The notes: generated by a model from the letters alone, not told the origin. Positions 1 to 10,143 are shown, counted from the stretch's first letter. The stretch is 64,000 bases of DNA from Opitutia bacterium (GCA_002862945.1 PKCJ01000107.1:1485-65484), one strand, 5' to 3'. A program made the numbers and translations.

Positions 1-170
1 TGTTGAGCCTGACGCAGAATCTTACGTGCGTCCAGACAAGCAGGGTTACGTGCGACGATGTTGGTCAAAATATCGACTGCGTAACTAGGATTTTTATCAA
101 CCGCTTTACGTGCATTTTCAATCTGCTTTTGTAAGCGGGTATCGAGATCTCTAAGGGCAACTTCTTCCAT
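1..170 (-). CDS. 5' part of a probable TPR/alpha-helical protein (runs off the window)
   Basis: Hand translation from ATG at 170 gives MEEVALRDLDTRLQKQIENARKAVDKNPSYAVDILTNIVARNPACLDARKILRQAQ, open to the window edge. The helical pattern is TPR-like, and it is co-oriented after glmM. Confidence 0.65.
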   Translation of the reverse strand, partial: MEEVALRDLDTRLQKQIENARKAVDKNPSYAVDILTNIVARNPACLDARKILRQAQ

Positions 171-210
171 AATATGTATAAAATTATAGGGCTGTATATA
201 TGATTGAGGG

Positions 211-1575
211 TCAACTGTGAATTACATCCAAATCCTTACCTGCCGCGATTTCTATGGCTTTAATTGCTTTGGCAACCTGCAGGTCATCCTTTCCCTCCAC
301 CAAGATGCGGAGTTTCGACTCAGTGCCTGAGTAGCGAACAAGAACACGGCCTTCATCACCCAGATCTTGTTCCGTCGCTTTGATGACTGACTGGAAGAAC
401 TTCAGGTCAGCAAGTGGTCGCTTTTCGGCAACTCTGAGGTTAGCTGTTGATTGCGGAAAAAGCATGATCTCTTTTCGTAATTCCGAGAGGGCTTTGCCAG
501 TCGTGCGCATCAATTCAATGATCTTAACAGCTGCCAGTAAACCATCTCCAGTCGTTGCAAAGTCTGAAAAGATAATGTGCCCAGAAGATTCTCCGCCGAT
601 ATTTGAACCCAACTCACGCATACGATTGGCCACATTTCGATCACCTACGTCGACTCGATCCACCTGCCCACCTGCATCGCTTATCGCATGGTCCAAACCC
701 AAATTACTGTGGATTGTAGAAACCAAAGTGCGTGATTGTAAAGTGCCGGCCTTAAGGGCATAACGACCCAATAGAGCTAAGATAATATCACCGTCTACTA
801 TGGTGCCGCCTTCATCGCAAACGACAAGCCGATCGCCATCACCATCGTGCGCAATACCTATGTGAGCTCCATGCTTAAGAACCGCTTCGGCGAGCTGTGC
901 AGGGCACTCGCTTCCGACAGCATTGTTTATATTTAGCCCATCGGGCCTGTCTCCGATTAAGAGCATTTCGGCTCCCCAGTATTGGAAAACTCCAGGTGTA
1001 GTCTTCACCGCGGCTCCGTTGGCCAAATCTAATACGATACGCCAGTCAGAAAGAGAATCCTGATCCATTAAAGACCTGAGGTATTTTATATAGGAAACAG
1101 AGGCATCTAAGGGATGGGAATTAGCCAAGGGAAAGTCTACTGATGGCTCAGGCTCCTTATCGATGAATGACTCGATTAAGATCTCTTGCGCCTCGTCTAA
1201 CTTATGAGCGGAGTGGTCAAAGAGCTTGATTCCATTGTCGCATGAAGGATTGTGAGAAGCCGTGATCGCGATACCGAGGTCTGCATCCTGATCAAGGACT
1301 GCTCTTGCGATTGCTGGTGTGGGTAAAATACTCGCATCATGAACATAGACCTCATGGCGGTTTAGCCCTGAAATGAGAGCGTCACTCAAGGCGACCCCAC
1401 TCGCACGGGTATCTCGTCCAATCACTACTGCTGACGTTTTTTTTAAGCGAATTTTAGTCAGGTAATTTCCGAGAGCGCATCCGAGCCGGTATGCAAATTG
1501 CGGGCAAATCAATGAAGCCCCAAAGCGCCCTCTTATACCGTCCGTTCCAAAATATTTAGCCATAGATAATGTCAT
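211..1575 (-). CDS. glmM: phosphoglucosamine mutase
   Basis: Motifs YFGTDGIRG, TASHNP (phosphoserine), HDGDGDR and GGESSGH. ATGA overlap with the trpD stop; alternative start at 1563. Confidence 0.96.
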   Translation of the reverse strand: MTLSMAKYFGTDGIRGRFGASLICPQFAYRLGCALGNYLTKIRLKKTSAVVIGRDTRASGVALSDALISGLNRHEVYVHDASILPTPAIARAVLDQDADLGIAITASHNPSCDNGIKLFDHSAHKLDEAQEILIESFIDKEPEPSVDFPLANSHPLDASVSYIKYLRSLMDQDSLSDWRIVLDLANGAAVKTTPGVFQYWGAEMLLIGDRPDGLNINNAVGSECPAQLAEAVLKHGAHIGIAHDGDGDRLVVCDEGGTIVDGDIILALLGRYALKAGTLQSRTLVSTIHSNLGLDHAISDAGGQVDRVDVGDRNVANRMRELGSNIGGESSGHIIFSDFATTGDGLLAAVKIIELMRTTGKALSELRKEIMLFPQSTANLRVAEKRPLADLKFFQSVIKATEQDLGDEGRVLVRYSGTESKLRILVEGKDDLQVAKAIKAIEIAAGKDLDVIHS

Positions 1576-2630
1576 TTATCTAAATAAAAAGACTGAGCCT
1601 TTTTCAGCCACTGTCCTGCACTGCCTGACTCCAAAAGTCCGCGGGCAAGTTCGACTCCAGAGGATAAATCGTCACTGCGACCAACGATCCAAAAAGCAGC
1701 GCCCGCGTTAAACAGTATGCTATTAATCAAGCCCTCTGTAACTTCTTCGCGCTGACCATTGAAAATTAAGTTTAAAATTCTAATATTGTCATCGACATCT
1801 CCTCCTATTAGCGAATCCAGACCGCAGCTCGTTAGACCTGCCTCCTCGGCACTCAAATTGCCTAAACGACCACGAAAAGAACCAAAACCAGCGATATGAT
1901 TCAGTCCAACGCAGCTAAGCTCGTCTAGATTCAAGCCCTCTTCTGGTGTGCAGTGTGCCACCAATCCTGCCTTCAGTCCGATTTCATCGAGAGCGCCCGC
2001 AATTGGTTCGACCCAAGCTCGAGCAAACACACCCATCAGTTGGTACGCTGGACGACCAGGATTAATCAGTGGGCCCAGTAGATTAAAAATTGAACGGCGC
2101 TTCTGCTCAGCCAGTGCCTGACGTACGGGCATAATTTCCTTAAAAGCTGGGTGAAATGCAGGTGCGAAAAAGAAACAAAAATTCAACTCTTTTAGCGACT
2201 CACGAAGAACCTCATGTGGGGCATCGAGGCGAATACCTAGCCCTTCAATCAGATCAGCACTGCCACACTTCGAAGTAATTGATCGGTTGCCATGCTTGAA
2301 GACAGGGACACCCGCCGCCGCAACGATAAATGAAACCGCTGTCGATATGTTAAAAGTGCTCGAGCCATCCCCACCTGTTCCACAAACATCAATCGCTTGA
2401 GATGCCCATGCCTCGACATCCGGGTCCAGTGCTAGCTTGCGGAAGGCAGCTGCAAAGCAAGCCACCTCGGTAGCAGTTTCGCCTTTATCAGAAAGAGCTA
2501 TCAGAAATGCTTGTTTCGCAACTGAGTCGACCTGGGGAGAGGCGATTAAAGAAGCGGCTGCAATTGCCTGACCTGAGTTGAGGTCTTTTTTGCCTAGGAG
2601 GGTATCTGTAAGCTGTTCGATTTCTTGCAT
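1572..2630 (-). CDS. trpD: anthranilate phosphoribosyltransferase
   Basis: Motifs DVCGTGGDG, TFNIST, KHGNRSITSKCGSAD and FNLLGPLINP. Confidence 0.96.
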   Translation of the reverse strand: MQEIEQLTDTLLGKKDLNSGQAIAAASLIASPQVDSVAKQAFLIALSDKGETATEVACFAAAFRKLALDPDVEAWASQAIDVCGTGGDGSSTFNISTAVSFIVAAAGVPVFKHGNRSITSKCGSADLIEGLGIRLDAPHEVLRESLKELNFCFFFAPAFHPAFKEIMPVRQALAEQKRRSIFNLLGPLINPGRPAYQLMGVFARAWVEPIAGALDEIGLKAGLVAHCTPEEGLNLDELSCVGLNHIAGFGSFRGRLGNLSAEEAGLTSCGLDSLIGGDVDDNIRILNLIFNGQREEVTEGLINSILFNAGAAFWIVGRSDDLSSGVELARGLLESGSAGQWLKKAQSFYLDK

Positions 2631-2761
2631 CTGGGTCGTTTACAGGGAAGAGGTTCAAAGATTCTGCACAAGCAAAATCTAACCCCGCACATTTTAATGA
2701 AGTTCAAAATAGACACTTTTTCTTCCTTTCCATAAAATCGGCTTCGGCTACAATGTGATGT

Positions 2762-3784
2762 ATGCTCTTACGACTTTGCCTTCTAGCATTATGCAGCACA
2801 TTGTTTTCAAGCCATACCATGGCGAGCGACATACCCCTTCAACACAAGTATGCAGCTGAAGGGGTCAGGACAGCCAATTTGAGTTATGGTCATGCCGTCA
2901 TTTTAGGCATAGTCGAAGGCATCACAGAATACCTACCCGTATCCTCCACAGGGCATCTTATATTAGCAAACGCTTTCCTCAACTTAGATGACAATACACC
3001 CGTGCGCGATACTGAAGGAGAATGGATTCTGGTGCAGGAAGATCTAGAAACTACGCGCCGCTACACAGTCGGCGAAGCCGCCTATGCCTACGTCATTGTG
3101 ATTCAAGCAGGCGCCATCGCCGCAGTAATCGTGCTTTATTGGCAGACGATATTGCAGATTTTATTCGGTTGCATAGGCCAGAATCCGCAAGGCCGTAAAT
3201 TGGCAATCAATCTAATCTGTGCTTTTATGCCTGCAGCTATCGTTGGCCTATTGCTTGACGATTGGATCGAAGCCAAACTAGGTAATAATATCAGAGCGGT
3301 TGCTGGTGCGCTCATCGTGGGCGCGGTGGTCATGCTCATCGTGGAAAAATGGCGTAGACATAGGCAAAAAGGTGCCATTGATCCAGAAGATGGCCCTGGT
3401 ATACACGACCTATCTATTCGCCAATCAGTCATGATCGGCTTCTTTCAATGCCTAGCGATGTGGCCAGGAACGAGTCGCTCAATGGCAACTATTGTGGGTG
3501 GCTACCTAGCAGGGTTATCGCCCAAGAACGCAGCAGAATTCAGTTTTTTGCTCGGATTAATCACTCTAAGTGCTGCCTCTGGATATAAAATGCTGACGGA
3601 CGGATCGCAGATGATTCGTGCCCTCGAAATCGGGCCTGTAATCGTCGGTTGCTTAGTGGCTTTTATCTCAGCGGCGCTGGCGGTCAGGTGGTTGGTCGCT
3701 TATCTCAGTCGACACGGCCTCGCATTATTTGCATGGTATCGAATCGTACTTGCGATTGCAGTCCTATTTTTACTTGGTCAATAA
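2762..3784 (+). CDS. uppP: undecaprenyl-diphosphate phosphatase (BacA family)
   Basis: Motifs GIVEGITEYLPVSSTGH, PGTSRS and AAEFSFLL. Confidence 0.93.
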   Translation: MLLRLCLLALCSTLFSSHTMASDIPLQHKYAAEGVRTANLSYGHAVILGIVEGITEYLPVSSTGHLILANAFLNLDDNTPVRDTEGEWILVQEDLETTRRYTVGEAAYAYVIVIQAGAIAAVIVLYWQTILQILFGCIGQNPQGRKLAINLICAFMPAAIVGLLLDDWIEAKLGNNIRAVAGALIVGAVVMLIVEKWRRHRQKGAIDPEDGPGIHDLSIRQSVMIGFFQCLAMWPGTSRSMATIVGGYLAGLSPKNAAEFSFLLGLITLSAASGYKMLTDGSQMIRALEIGPVIVGCLVAFISAALAVRWLVAYLSRHGLALFAWYRIVLAIAVLFLLGQ

Positions 3785-3944
3785 AACTTAATTTTCAGTC
3801 TGAGACCATAAGAAGAGCTCAGGCAATCAGATGAAACTTGCAGGTAGATCAATTTCCAGAATCTTGGTGGAGCTTAAAATTCCACAAAATAGCTATCAAT
3901 CGAATCCATTTACTGTTACCAGACCCTGACAGTATTACTAAGAT

Positions 3945-3973
3945 AAAAATACCCCGAATTACTGCAGGGTATT
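3945..3973 (-). terminator. putative intrinsic terminator after the wzc-like gene
   Basis: Inverted repeat AATACCC (3948-3954)/GGGTATT (3967-3973) next to an A-run that reads as a U-tract on the minus strand. Confidence 0.45.
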
Positions 3974-4002
3974 GATTCTAAGTTTTACAATCCAAAATAG
4001 GA

Positions 4003-6348
4003 TTACGATTTACTTTCTAATTCGGTCTCGATGTCACCAACCAACTCATCTTCAAGCTCTTCTGCTTGATCAAGCTCTTCTCCTCGATTAGTGTAGTAAT
4101 TTTTATAAGCCTTATCTGAATAATTCGAATAGTAATAGCTGGATAGCGAACTGGTTATGTTGTTAAGAATCGCGCCAAACACGGGTGTGTTTGACTCCCA
4201 AAGTCGACGAACATTCAAGACGGCAGTCTTTTGTTTAACCGTGTTGAATTTAATGATGTACAACACACCATCTACCAAAGGTAATAGGTTCAAGGCATCA
4301 CTGACCGCCGCAAGAGGTGGTGAGTCAATTACAATCCGATCGTAACGATCACGCAAGACAGCCAACATTTCCTCGAACCGGGCACTGTTCAGAACTTGCG
4401 TCGGATTCTTGGATTTTCCCCCTGTGGGCAAGACATCCAAATTAGGACAAACATCCTTCAGGATGATATCCTCTAAGCTGACTCCCTTTTCAACATAATC
4501 AAGTAGACCAAGGTCGTTTTTGAGTTGAAGCGAACGCGCCACATTCGGTAGACGTAAATCACCATCAATAAGTAGTGTCTTCTCCGCGTGATTTGCAAAG
4601 GTGAGCGAAAGATTAGAGCTCACAAACGACTTACCCTCACCGGGAACCGTACTAGTCGCTAGGAACATTTTGGCACTCTTACTCTGTTCGTTCAGTTTGA
4701 GCGCCGAGTGAATCGAACGGAAAGTTTCAGTCACATGGCTATCTACATTAGAAGCCACCGCTTGCGCCTTGGCGTTACTGTCTAGTTTCTTAATACGGGG
4801 TATCACTCCTAGCATCGGCAAGCCGATCGTGCCTTCGATGTCAAAGGCGCTCTTTACACGATCATCAAGAAAAGCGACTGAGAAGATTAGCCCCACTCCG
4901 ACAGCGATGCCGCCAAAAAAGCCTGCAAACAAGTTCAAAACGATATTGGGTGAGGAAGGCTCGTCCTCGGGCGGCGGAAAAGCCTCATCCACAATACGTG
5001 CATTCGGGTTCTTGAGGTTTACCTGCGCCTTTTCCGTCGTCATACGCAAATTGAGTGCTTGGAAGAAGTTTTGTTGCACTTCCAAATCTCGGAGAAGTGA
5101 ATTAAATTCAATCTTAGTTTTACCCAATTCAATAAGCTCTCTCTCCTTCTCAGCTAGCCGCAAACTAGCCATCTCAAAGTTACTTTTAGATTCTGAATAT
5201 CCAGCATAAATTTTATCAACTGAGTTCTGCACTGCTAACTCGAGTTCTGATTCACCCTCTTGAAGGGTCTGTAAAAGCTGAATCATGGCAGGGTGCTTCT
5301 CCCGATAGCGTTTGCTCGCAGAGGAAATACTAATACGTGAGCTTGATATTTCCTGCAGTAAGATAGAAACTCGTGGCTGTTCGGCTATAAAGGCAAGCTC
5401 CCAAAGGTTTCTCCCCTCTTTACGATACGTTTCAACCTGATTCCACTTGGTTTGAAATTGATCGTAAATATTTTTATTGGTGAGCACTATCTCGTTCAAG
5501 TGGGCAAGTTGAGCACCTGCGATGTTTTCATCACTTTGTAGTGAAACCGCATTATTTTGCTCACGATACTCCGCCAATTTCAACTCAAGCTCTTCAACGC
5601 GGTCTTTCTGCTGATCAGCACGTATGCGCAGATCTTCAACCGCTTTCATGGAACCATCGATGTTCAGCCTTAAATTGTAGTCGATGAACTCCTTCGCAAA
5701 AAGATTAGACACCTCAGCTGCTATAAGCGGGTCAGGATGTGAATAGGCGAGGTTGATCATCAGACTCATACGCCGTGGAATTACTTTCCGGTTCTCTGCT
5801 AAAACCTCGAGTGGGGTCAGTGGCCCACTAAAGCTCAATGTATCCATGTAGGGAGCCATGAAGCGCTCACGCAATTCGTCCTGCAGGCGTTGCTCCACGC
5901 CCTGCATAATGTTTAGGCTCTCAAAGACAATAATCTGAGTATTAAAATCTTCTGCACCGAGGATCTGGTTTAACTCCATTTCCGCACCTTCTCCGTATGC
6001 ACCGAGTGCGGAAGCATCATCACGAAAGAGCTGCACTTGCGAAACCGCGGTGTAAATTTTGGTCTTATTAAAAGTGTACAAAATAGTCCCAGAAAATATG
6101 ATAAAAAATGCGACGAGCAAATACCAGATGCGCTCACGAAAGATTAAGAAGTAATCCTTAAAAGAACGTTGAGGATCTGCCCCACCACCATAGCCGCCAT
6201 AGCCACCAGTACCATAACCGTAACCACCGTTGCCATAACCGTAACCACCATTACCATAACCGTAACCACCGCTACCATAACCGTAACCACCGCTACCATA
6301 GCCGCCTGAGTTGGGATTAGGAGCACCTCTTACATAATCATTCTTCAT
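4003..6348 (-). CDS. wzc: polysaccharide co-polymerase / BY tyrosine autokinase (Wzc/GumC family)
   Basis: Two TM helices flank a periplasmic coiled coil. Walker A GEGKS, A' LLIDGDLR, Walker B IVIDSPP, and C-terminal Tyr cluster SYYYSNYSDKAYKNYY. Confidence 0.92.
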   Translation of the reverse strand: MKNDYVRGAPNPNSGGYGSGGYGYGSGGYGYGNGGYGYGNGGYGYGTGGYGGYGGGADPQRSFKDYFLIFRERIWYLLVAFFIIFSGTILYTFNKTKIYTAVSQVQLFRDDASALGAYGEGAEMELNQILGAEDFNTQIIVFESLNIMQGVEQRLQDELRERFMAPYMDTLSFSGPLTPLEVLAENRKVIPRRMSLMINLAYSHPDPLIAAEVSNLFAKEFIDYNLRLNIDGSMKAVEDLRIRADQQKDRVEELELKLAEYREQNNAVSLQSDENIAGAQLAHLNEIVLTNKNIYDQFQTKWNQVETYRKEGRNLWELAFIAEQPRVSILLQEISSSRISISSASKRYREKHPAMIQLLQTLQEGESELELAVQNSVDKIYAGYSESKSNFEMASLRLAEKERELIELGKTKIEFNSLLRDLEVQQNFFQALNLRMTTEKAQVNLKNPNARIVDEAFPPPEDEPSSPNIVLNLFAGFFGGIAVGVGLIFSVAFLDDRVKSAFDIEGTIGLPMLGVIPRIKKLDSNAKAQAVASNVDSHVTETFRSIHSALKLNEQSKSAKMFLATSTVPGEGKSFVSSNLSLTFANHAEKTLLIDGDLRLPNVARSLQLKNDLGLLDYVEKGVSLEDIILKDVCPNLDVLPTGGKSKNPTQVLNSARFEEMLAVLRDRYDRIVIDSPPLAAVSDALNLLPLVDGVLYIIKFNTVKQKTAVLNVRRLWESNTPVFGAILNNITSSLSSYYYSNYSDKAYKNYYTNRGEELDQAEELEDELVGDIETELESKS
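6211..6306. repeat. 21-bp tandem repeat (about 4.5 copies) encoding (S/N/T)GGYGYG in the Wzc N-terminus
   Basis: Units accataaccgtaaccaccgtt / gccataaccgtaaccaccatt / accataaccgtaaccaccgct x2, then a partial copy. Confidence 0.95.
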
Positions 6349-6361
6349 ATATTGAAAGGGG

Positions 6362-7027
6362 TTAAATAATACGCTCAGGCACCCAGATGGTATCGCCCTC
6401 CTTGAGTATAATATCTTTCGAGTTAGGATCTTGGATGATCCGGCTAAAATTGACTTCCATTTGACGAGCTCGACCGTCCTCTCCGACGCGTTTAATAGTC
6501 ATTGATTTCGGATTTCCTAATCGACTCACTCCACGGACACTCGCTATCGCTTCTGTTAAAGTTAAGTCTCTGTCTGGCGGAATGGATACGACCCCAGGGC
6601 TATTCACCGAGCCTAGGATGTGAATGACTTTCGGCGAAAATTCCACGACAAGGAGGGAAATTTGTGGATCGACCAAATAATCACGATTATAAAGGTCTAT
6701 AATTAAAGACTGCGCTTCTCCTGCAGTCATTCCAGCTACTTTAACCTTACCTATGAGTGCGAGTGCAACTGATCCATCCCCTTGGATTCGGGCACTCTTA
6801 TTTAGATCGACCTCTTGATAGACCTCAATCGAAATGACATCTGAGGGTTTTAGAATATAATTCTCACTGACAACAATTCCTACGCCTCCTCCTCCGCTGG
6901 AAGATCCAGAAGATCCAGAGCTGTAAGAGTCGCTACTGCCGCCACTGCCGCCACTCGATTCTTGAGCCTGCAAAAGTGATGTCGAAAAGAAAAAACAAAA
7001 TGATATGAATAAGGAAAGCTGCTTCAT
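6362..7027 (-). CDS. short polysaccharide export protein (OPX; Poly_export + SLBB domains)
   Basis: YILKPSDVISIEVY, DGSVALALIGKVKVAG and GSVNSPG; ends LKEGDTIWVPERII. Signal peptide followed by a Ser/Gly linker. Confidence 0.9.
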   Translation of the reverse strand: MKQLSLFISFCFFFSTSLLQAQESSGGSGGSSDSYSSGSSGSSSGGGGVGIVVSENYILKPSDVISIEVYQEVDLNKSARIQGDGSVALALIGKVKVAGMTAGEAQSLIIDLYNRDYLVDPQISLLVVEFSPKVIHILGSVNSPGVVSIPPDRDLTLTEAIASVRGVSRLGNPKSMTIKRVGEDGRARQMEVNFSRIIQDPNSKDIILKEGDTIWVPERII

Positions 7028-7091
7028 AAAGTAAAAAATGCCTCAAGGAAGAGACATTTTGACCAGCAAAAAAGAAGAAAATTGCTGGCTA

Positions 7092-8321
7092 TTAGTAGCG
7101 GAGGATCGCTGTCAAATCCAGAATCTCGTTTTCGTAACTTCTACTGGCCTGATTCGAATCATTTTCATAATAGGAGTAACCAGCGCTGAATCGCCAATAC
7201 TCGTTTAGAGAATACATAAAACGTAGTCCACCTGAGAGTTGTTCTTCCTGACGCCCGATATACGTCGAGTCACGATCACTGTAACCGAGATTAGCCATGG
7301 CTGTCCATTGACTATCAATCGTATAGTTGCCCGTGAGCTTAGCCGAACTAACTTCTCTGGATTGGCCAAGAGCACCAGTGTCGTAATCGCGAGAGAGAGC
7401 AAGTTGATACAACAACTTGCTAGAAACCATCCAAGTCAAACTAGCATCAAGGCCAAGCATATTTCTATCACTTCGTTCGATACTGCTATCAAAGACCCCC
7501 CCGTTGGTAGTGAGATTAGTATTGTCCGCATTCACATCACGATAACCAATTTTGAAAAAACCTGTCAATTTGGTTCCAATGTTGCCCCTCAAACCAATGT
7601 TGAAAAAGTCAGAATCCTGCTCGTAACCGGCTACAGGATCATAAAGGCCCCCGAAAGAGTTACCACCTTCAATGTCAGTCTTGGAGTAGTCATAACCAAG
7701 ACTCAGATCAAGCTTGGGGGTCAGTTCATAGTAAACATTCAATGGGAAACGAGTAGTTTCACGATTAGAAAAAATGTCTTGGTAAGTTTGAAATTCTCTG
7801 TCTGTGTAAACAAGTCCTGCGCTGAAACTGAACTTTTGAGAAAACTGATACTCCGCTTCTAAATCACCTTTAGTATCGTCAAACTCAACCAAATCTGCGA
7901 CAACATTACGATCGCCGCTGTTAAGTTTGTATTCACCAAATGAGAAACTACTACTTAATTCAAGGCGACCGGTTTCGTATGAGCCCAATGCTTCGAGGTG
8001 GAAAAGTTCTGTATCCAGCTGATCGTTGTCTTGATATTTAACAACATCATAGCGGGTAATCACAGTAAGATCCGCATTTGAGACACCTCGACCTACGTTG
8101 ATTTCGAAACCAGGCGAGACTGTCCATGACACATCCGACTCTTCATTACCTGCGTCCGAAAAAATGTTAGAAGACCAACGTAGGCTCGACGAACCATTAA
8201 AGAAGATGTCAGTATTATCACCAATAGACACTAGCGGTGCAGCCGTAGCGCTTGAGGAAATTATCCATGACAGTAGACCTGCAGTTGTGTACTGTAAAAG
8301 AAGATGAGTTTTGCTTTTCAT
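7092..8321 (-). CDS. outer-membrane beta-barrel protein associated with polysaccharide export
   Basis: Signal peptide from ATG 8321, alternating amphipathic strands and C-terminal aromatic residue (LTAILRY). Lies directly upstream of the OPX and Wzc genes. Confidence 0.8.
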   Translation of the reverse strand: MKSKTHLLLQYTTAGLLSWIISSSATAAPLVSIGDNTDIFFNGSSSLRWSSNIFSDAGNEESDVSWTVSPGFEINVGRGVSNADLTVITRYDVVKYQDNDQLDTELFHLEALGSYETGRLELSSSFSFGEYKLNSGDRNVVADLVEFDDTKGDLEAEYQFSQKFSFSAGLVYTDREFQTYQDIFSNRETTRFPLNVYYELTPKLDLSLGYDYSKTDIEGGNSFGGLYDPVAGYEQDSDFFNIGLRGNIGTKLTGFFKIGYRDVNADNTNLTTNGGVFDSSIERSDRNMLGLDASLTWMVSSKLLYQLALSRDYDTGALGQSREVSSAKLTGNYTIDSQWTAMANLGYSDRDSTYIGRQEEQLSGGLRFMYSLNEYWRFSAGYSYYENDSNQASRSYENEILDLTAILRY

Positions 8322-8499
8322 GATACCTAATGGAAACTGTGCAAAAAGATAGAGTAAATGTAGTTTAATGTAAAATAGGAAAGCATTTAATGATAGGCCA
8401 TTAGCTGACTGCAATAAAAAAATATTACTTATTTGAAATTGGCATTAGACAAAAGTAAAAAAAAAGTAAATCTTAACGTAACTGTAAAAAATTTTACAT

Positions 8500-10143
8500 G
8501 TGAAAAGACAAAAAATTACCCCTAGTCCAATTACCCGCGAAAGAAAGATCCTATTGGGTTTTGTAGTCCAGCGCAAAGGTGTGGATGGGCAAACTAAAAT
8601 TTCTGTCCGTTGGGGCCGCTTAATCGGTACGTTTGCCTTACTGGCTGTATTAGGCTGGTTTGCTCTGGCAGGTGCTCTTTATTTACACTTCAAATACAAT
8701 AGGGAATTCGATCAAGCCTCATACGTAAAGATGCTGACATTGCTACCATTCGGTTTGGACGCTCACCGCGTGGAAATGGGCAACTACCACATCGAGCGTG
8801 GCTTCGCAGAAATGAAAGAAGGTAACTACAGGGACGCCCTGCGACTCTTACGTCTAGGAGTCGCCCGAGCGCCAGCAAACTTACGAGGCCGTCTTGCGCT
8901 AGCCGAATTTTACGAGATCGCCCTTAAACGTCACGATGTTGCTACAAATCTATTACTCGAAGGCATTGAACTAGGGGGCATAGAAGATGTTGATTATCTC
9001 AGGCAAACTCTGCGCGTTTTGCTCTACTACCAAATGGATGAGGTAGTTCAAAATCTTGCGGATAAATATTTACCTGATGAGCCAGAGCTGACAGACATTA
9101 ATCGCATACTAGCTTTTAGTGCAGCCAATGCCAACTACCTACGCGGCAATTACGATCTAGCAGACAACTATACCATCAACTACAATTTGCTAGAATCACT
9201 TGAAGGTGTTCTCCTTTCCGCTCGAATCAGCTGGGAGCGAGGCAACAAAATAGCCGCAATGACTATGATGGAGAATTCCATTAAAAAGTTCCCAAATTCG
9301 GAACCTTTACTCCTGCAACTGAGTCGCTATCACCGAGAGCTCGGTGAAACCGACGAAGCACGTCGCTACGCCATGCTGCGTAACCTGAGCAACCCACTCA
9401 GCGCAGCGACGCGTGTCGAACTACTTTATATTTATAACCAAACAAGGGACTTTGAAAGCGAGCAACGCGAATCAGAGCGGCTGCTCCAGCAGTTTCGTAA
9501 TGACGGACCAGCGCTCCAAACCCTCGCGAACTTCGCAGCGGACACTGGCAACATCGACCTTGCTCGACGCACCTACGAGGAAGCACTTGAGAACGAATAC
9601 GAAATCAACCCTTTCGCGCTATTACTAGTGGAAGCCCATCTGGTCGATCAAGACTATCAAGGCGCCATCGACTTCTCCGAAGAACTCATCAAGGAGCGTC
9701 CTGACTGGCTATCCCGACGTTGGGCGCTTTTTAGCAGTCTCCGCGCCGTCGCTTCTTATGGCATGAATCGCCCAGACTTAGGCGAGATTTACCTCCAAGA
9801 ATTTGTCGACGCTAAAAACAACAACTCGCAGACTTATATAGCAGTGGCTCGTCGCTTCACTAAAATTGAGCGCTACGAGCAAGCGCGTATAGTACTGACA
9901 GACGCCTACGAAAAAGCTCCAACTAATCAAAAAGTCCTCTCAGAACTAATCCGTGCGGAACTCTCTGTCGGTAGTACGGAAAACCTAAATCGTTTGCTCT
10001 CGAGCCTACTCCAAATGCGTCGTCCTGAGAAGGACCTCTTGGTAGAAGCCTACACTCAACTGGGCAGTGATCGATTCATTTTTACCCCAAATCGCCAAAC
10101 CCTATTACTTCAACTAAGTGCAGTTGTCCGCGAAGCCTTGTAG
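8500..10143 (+). CDS. membrane-anchored TPR protein
   Basis: One N-proximal TM helix followed by TPR-like helical repeats (e.g. GNYRDALRLL, GNIDLARRTYEEAL). Confidence 0.75.
   Translation: MKRQKITPSPITRERKILLGFVVQRKGVDGQTKISVRWGRLIGTFALLAVLGWFALAGALYLHFKYNREFDQASYVKMLTLLPFGLDAHRVEMGNYHIERGFAEMKEGNYRDALRLLRLGVARAPANLRGRLALAEFYEIALKRHDVATNLLLEGIELGGIEDVDYLRQTLRVLLYYQMDEVVQNLADKYLPDEPELTDINRILAFSAANANYLRGNYDLADNYTINYNLLESLEGVLLSARISWERGNKIAAMTMMENSIKKFPNSEPLLLQLSRYHRELGETDEARRYAMLRNLSNPLSAATRVELLYIYNQTRDFESEQRESERLLQQFRNDGPALQTLANFAADTGNIDLARRTYEEALENEYEINPFALLLVEAHLVDQDYQGAIDFSEELIKERPDWLSRRWALFSSLRAVASYGMNRPDLGEIYLQEFVDAKNNNSQTYIAVARRFTKIERYEQARIVLTDAYEKAPTNQKVLSELIRAELSVGSTENLNRLLSSLLQMRRPEKDLLVEAYTQLGSDRFIFTPNRQTLLLQLSAVVREAL

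Noticed and set aside
6211-6306. CRISPR-like repeat
   Set aside because: The units are contiguous without spacers and are in-frame coding repeats; there are no cas genes.
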